Below are positions 23,829 through 33,034 of a stretch of 36,691 bases of DNA, in pieces; position 1 is the first letter of the stretch; every line of letters starts with the position of its first letter. This DNA comes from a virus. Position numbers and translations under genes: made by a program. Location of the stretch: IMG/VR virus record IMGVR_UViG_3300045988_165663, positions 1-36,691 of that record. The stretch is one strand, 5' to 3'. The notes beneath the pieces were generated by a model. It searched no databases, had not been told where the DNA came from, and was given only the letters and a program-made list of their open reading frames with translations.

Positions 23829-24215
23829 ATGCCAAATATATTAACAGACGCGCTTAACTCAATCCAAGGGCTTATAAAAAACCAAAGCATAGAGATTTTT
23901 ACCTATGAAGTAGAAAATGTGAATGGGTTGCCAAAAGAAACGATTAAAAACAATGTGAAAGCATATGCACATATCCAGCCAATCACTCCAAGCGAGCTTA
24001 AAAAGCTAACGGATTCTACAATCGATTCTATTGAATGCTACAAGGTTTTTCTAATAGGCGATAAGGGCTTTTTGATTAACTCTTTAAAATTACCTTTAGA
24101 GCAATCTTGCATAAAATGGAATGACAAGCTTTTGAAGCTATATGCCAAAAAAGACTGGGTGTTAAATGGTTGGATTTGTTTATATGCTACAATAAGCACA
24201 GAAAATCTTACATAA
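23829..24215 (+). CDS. hypothetical structural protein
   Basis: Tightly packed ORF in the neck/tail-completion region. Confidence 0.4.
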   Translation: MPNILTDALNSIQGLIKNQSIEIFTYEVENVNGLPKETIKNNVKAYAHIQPITPSELKKLTDSTIDSIECYKVFLIGDKGFLINSLKLPLEQSCIKWNDKLLKLYAKKDWVLNGWICLYATISTENLT

Positions 24216-24226
24216 AGGACTTTAAA

Positions 24227-24721
24227 ATGCTTGTAAGTGTTTATAATAAGAGCGGCATTGCTATTACAATAGACAACACAATAATCGAGGAGGGTGTAAA
24301 TTCTATCCCAGCGATTCAATGGAATGCTATAAGCAGAAACAAAAGCATACTAGACTTGATTAAAAATTGTGATTTGTTGGTTGAATGCTACGAGGAGTAT
24401 GTAAGCTATAAAGAGGCTTTAAACTTCTTTAATGATGGCTTGCTAAATACTATTGAAAAATGCAAAGAAAATAAGAATTTACAAGCATTAGAGGGGATAT
24501 TGACACAAGCACAAGCTAACTTAATCACTTTGGAAGTGTTTGCAGAGAATTTTGCAGGGGATAAAGAAACAAAAGAGATTTACATTAGCTTAGATACCTC
24601 CAGATACATGCAGGAAATAGAAAAAGCACGGGATTTTATATTACAAGCACAATTAGAGCAGGAAGCCAAGCAAAGAGAGCAGGCAGAAAAAGAGATTAAC
24701 GAAGCAGAATCTAAAGAATAA
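24227..24721 (+). CDS. hypothetical structural protein
   Basis: Start trimmed to ATG 24227 (RBS AAAGGA) from the track's 24170. Confidence 0.4.
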   Translation: MLVSVYNKSGIAITIDNTIIEEGVNSIPAIQWNAISRNKSILDLIKNCDLLVECYEEYVSYKEALNFFNDGLLNTIEKCKENKNLQALEGILTQAQANLITLEVFAENFAGDKETKEIYISLDTSRYMQEIEKARDFILQAQLEQEAKQREQAEKEINEAESKE

Positions 24722-24729
24722 GGGCTCAA

Positions 24730-25275
24730 ATGTTTGTAGTAAATTTCAATAATAGGCTAGAGATATTAAGAGAATATGTGCTTAATCCGGGTGTGAATAT
24801 AATAGAGGACGACACACTAAGCGAGGACGATAGAACCGAGCATATAGGCATAGGCAATAAAGATTTAAACCATTTCAAAGAGATACTAGAATTTTTCAAA
24901 ATAAAGGGTATTTTCATTAACGAATCGGATTTGAACTATAAATCTCTCTTAGAGCGCTACACAATACTACAAAAGCAAAGAGAGCTTTTAAAGCAAAACA
25001 TAAAGCAAAAAAACAATGAGATTTTAATTTTGATTAACAAGCAAGTAAAATCAAGTATTAAAATGTGCCAGCATTACAATGCAAACATAAAGAGAGAGCA
25101 GTTAAGCGATGCACAAATAGAAGCAATAAAAAAAGAATATAACGATATTAAGGATTATCCATATCGTTTTAAGGTTATGGATACAATAGACAAGCTATTT
25201 AATGAGCTTGTGAATGAAAAGATGCAAGCTTACCCATTAGCTTACTATGCAATAAAAGACGATTTGAAGCTTTAA
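24730..25275 (+). CDS. hypothetical protein, coiled-coil rich
   Basis: ORF of 181 aa. Confidence 0.4.
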   Translation: MFVVNFNNRLEILREYVLNPGVNIIEDDTLSEDDRTEHIGIGNKDLNHFKEILEFFKIKGIFINESDLNYKSLLERYTILQKQRELLKQNIKQKNNEILILINKQVKSSIKMCQHYNANIKREQLSDAQIEAIKKEYNDIKDYPYRFKVMDTIDKLFNELVNEKMQAYPLAYYAIKDDLKL

Positions 25276-25793
25276 TGTTTAACACTACTCTTTTACATGA
25301 AATCATTGCAAAAAAAACCCATTATGATGTAATCATAGGTGGTAGCACATTACCAGCGGATTTTGAAAAAGGGTGTGTGATAATAAACCTAATTAACTCC
25401 ACTCCCTTAACACAATCCTTTAAAGACTTCTCTAGCATACAAACAAAAGACAACACAAGCACGATAAAAAGCACAAATTTGGTTAGAAACAATTACCAGT
25501 TAGATTTATACAGAATCAATCCTAGAAACTTTGAGTATTTAGATATTGAAGTGCAAGCACAAAGGCTAAGAGAGTATCTTAACTCTTACGATGTAGCGGA
25601 TTATATGGAAAAAATAGGCGCGGATATTTTGCCAGTTACCTCTCAAATAACCTTTTTAAGCGAGTTTAACGAACAAAAGAAACTGATTAACCGCGCTTTC
25701 TTTGAAATCGCAGTTGTATTTACCATTCAAGGCGAGCAAAATATAAACATATTTGATAAAATCACACTTGAAAATAAACTAATCGGAGGCTAA
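25275..25793 (+). CDS. hypothetical tail-completion protein
   Basis: ATGT overlap with the upstream stop. Immediately upstream of the sheath gene. Confidence 0.4.
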   Translation: MFNTTLLHEIIAKKTHYDVIIGGSTLPADFEKGCVIINLINSTPLTQSFKDFSSIQTKDNTSTIKSTNLVRNNYQLDLYRINPRNFEYLDIEVQAQRLREYLNSYDVADYMEKIGADILPVTSQITFLSEFNEQKKLINRAFFEIAVVFTIQGEQNINIFDKITLENKLIGG

Positions 25794-25795
25794 AT

Positions 25796-27889
25796 ATGGC
25801 AGGAATCCCCTTAAGTTGGCTTGTGGATATTACAAGCGTTGGTGTTAAAGATTCTTTTTCTTTAAGCAAGTTGCCTACCTTGCTTGTAACCAAACATAAA
25901 AGCGATTATGTAAATCCAAAGTGGAATAAATTTTATGATGCAGACGCTACAAAAAAGGCATTTGGTGAGAAAACAAGCGTTGGCAAATTTGGTAACAATT
26001 ACTTTAATGTAGCGAATAAGTTATCCAGCAAGCCAGATTTGTTAAATGTATATATTTGGAATGAAACCGCTATCCCAGCGATATTACAAGGGGGGCGCGT
26101 TAGCTCAATCAATACACTAAAGACAAGCGGTGCGTTTTCTCTGACAATAGGTAATGAAACCAGAGATGTAATAGTAGATTTAAGAGATGTAGTAAGCTAC
26201 ACTGATGTAGCTACAAGGCTACAAAATGCCATCAATAAAGCCGGCGAGCCAACGCCTACAACGCTTGATGTAAGCATAGGTAAAAATACTAACTTCAAGG
26301 TAACAAAGGGCAGTGATGGTAGCAATACACAAACGCTAACCATTACACTAGATGATGTCGATACAAGCGACTTTGAAGTGGTAAATACAGACGATTCTAA
26401 AGCTACCTTTGACAAGGCTACAAAGACAATTACAGGGGTTGCACAAGGCAATACGACGCTAAAATTCACTTGTAAAAAAGAGGGCTTTAACAAGGTAGAA
26501 ATCGATGTAAGCGTTGCAGTAAGTGCATCTCCTTATAACTTGACTTGTAGTGTAGGACAAGCCATAGCCTTAGATAATGTATTAAGCATAAGTACAAACG
26601 CAGGTGATTTTAGTGCAGAGGGTATAGATACAAATAAGGCTACCTTTGACAAGGCTACAAAGACAATAACCGGTGTAGCACAAGGAAGCACGACGCTTAC
26701 AATAAAAGCAAAGTTTGGTGATGCCAGCGAAGTATCAAAGCAAGTAAATATCACAATAGCACAAACTACATTAGCAGTAACTGCACAAGTAGCACAAAGC
26801 AGAAGCGTTAAAAGCGCGGTTACAAATCCAGCTTTACCAAATTTCACTAATGCCACTTGTGTTTTTGATACGAATAAGCAAGTGTTTAGAATCTCAAGCG
26901 GTGAGAGCGGTGTTGTTAGTATAGGCTATGCCAGCGCGCCTACTATGCTAACTGACATTAGTGGATTATTATCACTCACAAAAGAAAAAGGCGCGGTTGT
27001 ATATGATGGCAGAGATGCAATAGGTAGCTTTGACAATGTATTAAGTGAAATTAAAACCGATAATGGTGCATACTTTGTTTTAGCCTTTGACTGGGAGTTA
27101 TCCGAAGCAGAATCACAAACGCTAGGCGAGTTTGTAGATTCTAGCAATAACCGCTTTTTAGGCATTGTGAATAGCACAAACGCTACACTAACCACACAAG
27201 AGGGCGTTAGCGATAGGCTAAAGGGATACAATGGGATAATCCTAGACTATTTCAAAGACTTAGAAGCGGTTAATGGTTTCTCTGCCGGGCTTATAAGTGC
27301 AATTAACTTTAGCCAGACAAATGGTAATGCTAATCTAGCCTTTAATGATGCAACAAAATATGTAAAGCAAGCCATACAAACACAAGCGGAGTTGAATACA
27401 CTAGAATCTAACCTTGCAAACTCAATCCTAGAATTTTCACAAATAGGACAATCCAGAGCATGGTATGGCATGGGTAACATCATGGGAACGCTTACAAACT
27501 CTGCAAATGTGTATATAGGCAATGCTTACCTTCACTTTCAATTGCAGTTGCAGTTTGCAAATATGTTTAATGCACAAAGCTTTATAGGCTTAAGAGGTAA
27601 AAACAACGAAGGAATTTTGACTGCATATATAGAAGCCGTGTTTCAAGGGTGCGTAAATAATGGCATCATAATACAAGGCGCGGAGCTAACCACTACAGAG
27701 GAGCAGAGCTTAATTACTGCATTTAGTGATAAAGGTGAGTCTGCAGTATCCCAATGTAGTAGAAGCGGTTATTTTTATGAAATAGGAACGGCTAATTTAG
27801 AAAAGCAAACTTTGCCTATAAGTATTGCTTATGTAGCAAACAAATCTGCTAAAAGAATTGTTATTACAAACTATGTATTAGGTGCGTAA
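25796..27889 (+). CDS. tail sheath protein with two inserted Ig-like (BIG2-type) domains
   Basis: Position (sheath-tube-chaperone-TMP order) and 697 aa size. Central duplicated segment KATFDKATKTITGVAQG(N/S)TTL is typical of bacterial Ig-like domains. Confidence 0.55.
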   Translation: MAGIPLSWLVDITSVGVKDSFSLSKLPTLLVTKHKSDYVNPKWNKFYDADATKKAFGEKTSVGKFGNNYFNVANKLSSKPDLLNVYIWNETAIPAILQGGRVSSINTLKTSGAFSLTIGNETRDVIVDLRDVVSYTDVATRLQNAINKAGEPTPTTLDVSIGKNTNFKVTKGSDGSNTQTLTITLDDVDTSDFEVVNTDDSKATFDKATKTITGVAQGNTTLKFTCKKEGFNKVEIDVSVAVSASPYNLTCSVGQAIALDNVLSISTNAGDFSAEGIDTNKATFDKATKTITGVAQGSTTLTIKAKFGDASEVSKQVNITIAQTTLAVTAQVAQSRSVKSAVTNPALPNFTNATCVFDTNKQVFRISSGESGVVSIGYASAPTMLTDISGLLSLTKEKGAVVYDGRDAIGSFDNVLSEIKTDNGAYFVLAFDWELSEAESQTLGEFVDSSNNRFLGIVNSTNATLTTQEGVSDRLKGYNGIILDYFKDLEAVNGFSAGLISAINFSQTNGNANLAFNDATKYVKQAIQTQAELNTLESNLANSILEFSQIGQSRAWYGMGNIMGTLTNSANVYIGNAYLHFQLQLQFANMFNAQSFIGLRGKNNEGILTAYIEAVFQGCVNNGIIIQGAELTTTEEQSLITAFSDKGESAVSQCSRSGYFYEIGTANLEKQTLPISIAYVANKSAKRIVITNYVLGA
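26380..26720 (+). repeat. tandem duplicated Ig-like domain (about 234-bp period; about 80-nt stretches of about 85-90 % identity at 26395.. and 26626..)
   Basis: gctacctttgacaaggctacaaagacaat(t/a)ac(a/c)gg(g/t)gt(t/a)gcacaagg occurs twice, read directly. Confidence 0.75.
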
Positions 27890-27901
27890 GGGGGGTAAAT
27901 C

Positions 27902-28348
27902 ATGGCAACGAATATAAGCACAAATAACGCGAGACTAACGATAATGATAGGGGCTATCCCGGTAGAGATAGAGGGCTTTAGTGCAGAGTCGGATATGTGG
28001 GTGCCAAATGGAACTATCCAGACGGCTGAAACATTAAAAACTGCAGACGGAGTTATGGTTGCTTATGGTAAAAATGCAGTTATCCGCTACACGCTTACTC
28101 TTAACGGTGGTAGCAAATCCGCTAGGATATTAAAGGAAGTGCTAAAACAACAAAGCAGAAATGGCGCTATCCCAGCCATACTTTTACCAGTAACGGCTAC
28201 TATGATTAACCCATCAGCGGGTATTAAAGAGATATATATAGATGGGACTTTAGAGGACGGCGATGTGGGTGCAAGGCATGGTAACCAGCATTTGCTAGAC
28301 CAATCATGGACTTTTGCTTTTGGAACAATGCAGACAATCTATACATAA
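27902..28348 (+). CDS. tail tube protein
   Basis: 148 aa directly after the sheath. RBS GGGGGG. Confidence 0.5.
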   Translation: MATNISTNNARLTIMIGAIPVEIEGFSAESDMWVPNGTIQTAETLKTADGVMVAYGKNAVIRYTLTLNGGSKSARILKEVLKQQSRNGAIPAILLPVTATMINPSAGIKEIYIDGTLEDGDVGARHGNQHLLDQSWTFAFGTMQTIYT

Positions 28349-28368
28349 TCTATTAAAAAGGGGGCTTA

Positions 28369-28731
28369 ATGGAACTTAAGGATTTATATACAAGCGGTTA
28401 TTCTTTTGAGATAGAGGGTAAAAAAATCTCTTTCAAAATGATAGCCTATGGGAGTGCATTAAAAGCACAAAATGCAATCCACTTCATTGCAACAAACGAA
28501 CCTAGCAACATCGCAAAAGGTAATGAGATTCTCTTAGATTTAGCTTTAAAGCATGCAATAATAGAGGGTAGCGAGGGCGGTGCAGATATAGAATCGCCTA
28601 TACTTGAACTATTTGCAAGCCAGTTTAAGAACCCATTTGCAAGCGCGGAGTTACAAGCACAATTTAGGGATTATGTTTTGGGTTTTTTAGGAGAATTGCC
28701 GACCTTTCAGAAATCGGCAAAGGGAATGTAA
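28369..28731 (+). CDS. tail assembly chaperone (G-like, short form)
   Basis: Position between the tube and tape measure genes. Slippery heptamer at its 3' end. Confidence 0.5.
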   Translation: MELKDLYTSGYSFEIEGKKISFKMIAYGSALKAQNAIHFIATNEPSNIAKGNEILLDLALKHAIIEGSEGGADIESPILELFASQFKNPFASAELQAQFRDYVLGFLGELPTFQKSAKGM

Positions 28732-28922
28732 GTGCAGGGGTGCGTTATAGACACATTGTAGATAACATAACCGCTACTCTTATAATACATAAGGTTGGCA
28801 CATATAGAGATATAATGGAAATGGATTTAGAGAACGTATTGCTAACATATGCAACGCTTTACATAAACTCTCTAAATGAAATAGAAGCTAATAAGCAAGC
28901 TAATAAGGCTATAAAAAAATGA
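28369..28922 (+). CDS. tail assembly chaperone, frameshifted long form (G-T-like fusion)
   Basis: Inferred from the conserved G/GT arrangement in tailed phages, with the -1 frame open to 28922. Confidence 0.4.
28683..28689 (+). other. candidate -1 programmed ribosomal frameshift site T_TTT_TTA
   Basis: Heptamer in the zero frame of 28369..28731. The -1 frame is open from here through the ORF-track ORF 28740..28922, which lies in frame 2. Confidence 0.5.
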
Positions 28923-30295
28923 ACGATGTATTGAAGCAGTTTAGAATCGTTTTTGGTATTAACACAAAGCCACTTGAACTAGGCTTACAGAGAACAGAAT
29001 CAAAGCTTAGAAAATTCGGGCGCGTGTTTAGCTCCATTGCATCCACTTATTTCAGTTATAAAATTATGCAAGGCGTTATAAACGGCTTTGCAGAATTCAA
29101 CACAAGGCTATCGCATAGCACTTCACTCATGGGTTACAATGTAGAGAACATAACCGCGTTTGGTGGTGCTTTAAAGCGGTTTGGTGGTGATACCCAGAGC
29201 GTTATTACCTCTTTAAACGCGCTTAATAGTGGCTTACATGAAGCAAAATTTGAGGGTGGCGCTTTAGTTGAAGTTGCAAAACGATATGGGTTAAGCATAT
29301 CTACAAGCAACGGCAAATTAATGAGCGCAGAGCAGTTGTTAAAATCCTTAAGCTACCAGTTGCAACGATACGATAAACAAACACGCGTAGCAATAGCATC
29401 GCAGTTAGGTTTAGATGAGAGCATAGTTAGAGCGTTTAACAATGGAAGCAAAGGGCTACAAAGGCTTATAGACAAGCAGAAGCAGTTTGGCATCATAACG
29501 GCTAAAGATGTAAAGATTAGTAATAACTTTAATAATGCGGTGCTAGACTTAAAAGATAGCTTTAGCGGCATAGTTAAGATGTTTGCAAGGTTTATATTAC
29601 CTATGCTTACAAAGCTATTTAAGCTTTTAACTTCATTTGTAGAATTTATGAAAAAACGAAAGCAGTTTGTAATTGCATTCTTTAGCACTTTAATCATTGC
29701 AATGATGCCAGTGTTAGCTATTCTAGGAAAAATGGCATTAGCAAGTGCAGCAGCCTTTGCTCCCATTTTTGCAGTGGTTGGCATCGTGTCGTCCATTGCT
29801 TTGGTTTTAGAGGACATATATTACTATTTCATGGGTTGGGATAGTGTAACGGAGGGGTTAGTGAAAAAATTCCCTCTTTTAGCCAAATCCTTAGAAGCAA
29901 TCCGGCCGGTTTTTATGGCTATTAGACAAGCGTTTAGCGATATTATGGACTTTCTAACCGACCCATCATGGGATAACTTTATCAATATCTTTTTAAACAT
30001 AGGTAAAGCTATAGTTGAAATGCTAGAAAAGCCCATAGCTAGAATCAAAAGGCTTTTAATCGATATTATAGAGAGCGTTAAAAGCTTTGTGATGGATAAT
30101 GCCATCGTTAAATTTATGTTTGGGGATAATAGCACTCCAGTGGTGCCAACAACAAACAACACAAGCACTACTAACAACAATGTGCAAGTAACGCAGAATA
30201 TTACAAGCGCTACTCCTAAAGCTTTGGCAGATGAAACAAGGGGGTTATTAACCAGCCAGATTAATCAACAAAGACAACAAGTAGGGGGCTTTTAA
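28919..30295 (+). CDS. tail tape measure protein
   Basis: 458 aa. N-terminal helical region with central hydrophobic TM-like segments (FVIAFFSTLIIAMMPVLAILGKMALASAAAFAPIFAVVGIV). Positioned after the chaperone. Confidence 0.7.
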   Translation: MNDVLKQFRIVFGINTKPLELGLQRTESKLRKFGRVFSSIASTYFSYKIMQGVINGFAEFNTRLSHSTSLMGYNVENITAFGGALKRFGGDTQSVITSLNALNSGLHEAKFEGGALVEVAKRYGLSISTSNGKLMSAEQLLKSLSYQLQRYDKQTRVAIASQLGLDESIVRAFNNGSKGLQRLIDKQKQFGIITAKDVKISNNFNNAVLDLKDSFSGIVKMFARFILPMLTKLFKLLTSFVEFMKKRKQFVIAFFSTLIIAMMPVLAILGKMALASAAAFAPIFAVVGIVSSIALVLEDIYYYFMGWDSVTEGLVKKFPLLAKSLEAIRPVFMAIRQAFSDIMDFLTDPSWDNFINIFLNIGKAIVEMLEKPIARIKRLLIDIIESVKSFVMDNAIVKFMFGDNSTPVVPTTNNTSTTNNNVQVTQNITSATPKALADETRGLLTSQINQQRQQVGGF

Positions 30296-30834
30296 TGGCT
30301 TTTACTTTGAATGTGCCTACCCTTAGCCAAGCCTTATCCGGCTTTTATCCTATGAAAATCCACGAGCAAGGAAACGAGGATGTTAAGCTAAAATGCACGC
30401 TTATCGAGATACTAGAATCCGATAGCTACAATCTACCAAACGAACCAGTAGACTCCCAAAGCTTTATAAGTGATACGCTATACAAAATGCCTAAGCAAAT
30501 CACTTGCAGGGTATTTGTGAATACTAACTTTTTGGATACTTTTAATAGCGTTTTAGAATCCTTGCAGAATGGCAAAGGCTTTTGCATAAGAGGCGCGGAC
30601 GGCCAGAAATACGAAAATATGCGTTTAGAGAGCCTATCCACTTCACAAACGGCCGATGTGCAAGGGGGGTATTTCTATAACATGGCATTTAAGGAAACCA
30701 TAGTAATAGAATCCTTTAACGCAGGGATACCATTAAGCAACGCACAAAAAAGCGCGTATTCAACTAAGCAAAGCGTAGGCGAGTCGGCTAATAACAAGCG
30801 ACCCCGCTCTATACTAAAAGGGCTTACCGGATGA
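30295..30834 (+). CDS. tail/baseplate protein (position of Mu gp43 / P2 gpU-like)
   Basis: ATGG overlap with the tape measure stop. Call by position only. Confidence 0.35.
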   Translation: MAFTLNVPTLSQALSGFYPMKIHEQGNEDVKLKCTLIEILESDSYNLPNEPVDSQSFISDTLYKMPKQITCRVFVNTNFLDTFNSVLESLQNGKGFCIRGADGQKYENMRLESLSTSQTADVQGGYFYNMAFKETIVIESFNAGIPLSNAQKSAYSTKQSVGESANNKRPRSILKGLTG

Positions 30835-31169
30835 TTGAGGATGTTATTATTGATATAGATAGCTTTACAAGTGTGTATGAAATAACCCTGCAAGCAATAC
30901 CTAATCAAGAATTTAGCACAACAATCAATAATGAAATATTTAATATTGAAATAAGAACCTTTGCAAATGATAGAACCTATATAACCATTAAAAAAGACGA
31001 TGTAACTCTCTGCAATAATGCAAATATAAAATGTGGAGTTGATATTACATATTTTGGGGGTTTTAGAGGCTTTAGGTTTTTCTTTTTAAAGCAAAATGAT
31101 AAGCAAAATATCCCATACAATTACACAGACTTCAGTAAAAATATAGGACTCTATTGTGGCATTATTTAA
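30831..31169 (+). CDS. hypothetical tail protein
   Basis: ATGA overlap. 112 aa. Confidence 0.35.
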   Translation: MIEDVIIDIDSFTSVYEITLQAIPNQEFSTTINNEIFNIEIRTFANDRTYITIKKDDVTLCNNANIKCGVDITYFGGFRGFRFFFLKQNDKQNIPYNYTDFSKNIGLYCGII

Positions 31170-32016
31170 GCGATGCTACAAGCTTACTCTAACAATAAAT
31201 GGTAAAACTAAAATTTACCAGGAATTAGCTACAAGCGATGTAAGCTTAAAAATTGAATTTGAAGTAACCGCTAGCGTTAATGGTGCGTTTAGCAATGGAA
31301 TAATTACCATCTTTGGATTAAAGCAAGAGGATACGGCCTTTTTAGCTACAAACTACAATCCCCAGACCTTGCAGTTAAAGGACTCTTTTGTGGAGCTAGA
31401 GGCCGGTTATCCGGAGCAAATGGCTATGATTCTAAGTGGCAATATATATGAGAGCGAGCCTAATTTTACAAGCGCAGACCAGAGCATACGCTTTAAGGTA
31501 ATGAGTGGAGTGCAAAATAACTTAAAAAAAGGTGCTAGCATAGCGGATAGCATCTCTAAAAATGCTACTTTTAAAGATATATGCGCTAAGGTTGCAAGCA
31601 ATAATAATCTAGCCTTAAAATATGATAATAAAATAACAAATAAGGTAATAGGTGATTTTGCATTTCAAGGGACTCCATACCAGCAAGTAATGAAGCTTAG
31701 AGAGCTTATGCCTTTAAGCGTAAATATTGCAATAAATAATAAAACACTTGAGGTAACCTATACAAACTCCAGCAGTGCTAAGAAAATGATTATTAGCGGG
31801 GATAGTGGTATGATAGGAACGCCTAAGCCTACCAGCACGGGTTGCATTGTTACTATTTTGCTTAATCCCATGCTAAGCATTAACACTTTTGTAGAAATTC
31901 AGTCAAAGAAACTCCCGCAATTAAATGAGTTGTATCGCATAATTGAAGTTAAGCATCGCGGGGGTAACAGAAGCGATAACTGGCATACAGAACTCACACT
32001 AACAAAGGCGCTTTAA
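31156..32016 (+). CDS. baseplate hub-like protein (Mu gpP / P2 gpD position)
   Basis: 286 aa. Call by position. Confidence 0.4.
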   Translation: MALFKRCYKLTLTINGKTKIYQELATSDVSLKIEFEVTASVNGAFSNGIITIFGLKQEDTAFLATNYNPQTLQLKDSFVELEAGYPEQMAMILSGNIYESEPNFTSADQSIRFKVMSGVQNNLKKGASIADSISKNATFKDICAKVASNNNLALKYDNKITNKVIGDFAFQGTPYQQVMKLRELMPLSVNIAINNKTLEVTYTNSSSAKKMIISGDSGMIGTPKPTSTGCIVTILLNPMLSINTFVEIQSKKLPQLNELYRIIEVKHRGGNRSDNWHTELTLTKAL

Positions 32017-32705
32017 TGGCTTATGAGAATCTTATAAAACCATTTGAAAACGATTTTGGAACGGCTATACAAGCACTAATACAAGACAATATTAAGAACA
32101 TTAACACGGCTTTTATAGCAAAGGTGCAGAGCATCAGCGAGGATAATAAAAAGGTTAATATTGTAAATGTGATAAAAAACGATGCCAGTAATCAAAATGT
32201 AGTAATCCCAAATGTATTAATAGCCCAGCCTTATAGCAGTGAGTGGCAAATATCCTTTAAAATAGCCGTTGGTGATATAGGTTTAGCCATTGTATGCAAA
32301 GACGATATTACAAACTACAAGCAAAGCGGTTTGGATTCTAAAGCAAACACAAAGAGGCGTTTTGATATAACGGACTCCATCTTTATCCCATTAAGCCTTT
32401 ATTTGCAAGGGGATAATGAAAACGCAGGTTTTAGTGTGAAAAACAAAAGCGGGGATTGTGAGTTATCCTTTGATAAAGATGGAAAGCTATCAATCAAAGC
32501 TAAAGAGGTAGAGATAAAATCACAGAATCCTTTAAGCATAGGAACGAATGAAACTCTATTAAGTTGCTTTAATGCAATAATTGACAATTTGCAAGGTGCT
32601 ATTATAGGCGGGACTACAAACGGAGGGCAGAGTATCACAACGCTACCAAACTATAATGCACAAGCGCAGACAATGAAACAAACTATACAAGCGGTGCTAA
32701 AATGA
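32016..32705 (+). CDS. baseplate spike/assembly protein V-like (OB-fold)
   Basis: ISFKIAVGDIGLAIVCKDDITNY resembles the gpV VGDxVLVxFxxGD region. Size and position fit. Confidence 0.5.
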   Translation: MAYENLIKPFENDFGTAIQALIQDNIKNINTAFIAKVQSISEDNKKVNIVNVIKNDASNQNVVIPNVLIAQPYSSEWQISFKIAVGDIGLAIVCKDDITNYKQSGLDSKANTKRRFDITDSIFIPLSLYLQGDNENAGFSVKNKSGDCELSFDKDGKLSIKAKEVEIKSQNPLSIGTNETLLSCFNAIIDNLQGAIIGGTTNGGQSITTLPNYNAQAQTMKQTIQAVLK

Positions 32706-33034
32706 TAAGCTTTAAACTAGATAGTAATAACAATCTAATCGTAGGAACGCAACTTGTAACAATTAGCGGGGTTGAAGCAGTGGCTCAAGATTGTAGAACA
32801 CGGCTTAATATGCTATTAGGCGAGTATCCATTTGATACCACGCAGGGAATGGATTATGCAGGGCTTTTAAATGGAAATAATCGTAACGCATTAAAAAGCA
32901 CTATAATTACAGAGTTAAAAAAGGATAGTAGAATCGAATATGTAACGATTAAGGATTTTGCAATAGATAGCAATGGCAAAGCTACTCTATCGATAGAATG
33001 CACTTTGTACAGCGGGGAGGTTGTAAGTGTTTAG
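32702..33034 (+). CDS. baseplate wedge protein, GPW/gp25 family
   Basis: 110 aa. CRTRLNMLLGEYPFDTTQGMDYAGLL fits the gp25-like motif. Confidence 0.6.
   Translation: MISFKLDSNNNLIVGTQLVTISGVEAVAQDCRTRLNMLLGEYPFDTTQGMDYAGLLNGNNRNALKSTIITELKKDSRIEYVTIKDFAIDSNGKATLSIECTLYSGEVVSV

Noticed and set aside
736-30180. All minus-strand ORFs of 60-154 aa (for example 736..1089, 3233..3556, 5623..5946, 9371..9664, 17593..17946, 18698..19057, 26197..26856, 29353..30180)
   Set aside because: Every one lies entirely inside a longer, better-supported plus-strand gene. They lack RBSs and encode low-complexity Ser/Leu/Phe-rich peptides typical of shadow ORFs in AT-rich DNA.
30666-30672. G6 run inside CDS 30295..30834 as a frameshift-type phase-variable site
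   Set aside because: Only six Gs, encoding Gly-Gly in frame. This is below the length at which slipped-strand variation is usually appreciable, and no alternative-frame ORF would be joined.
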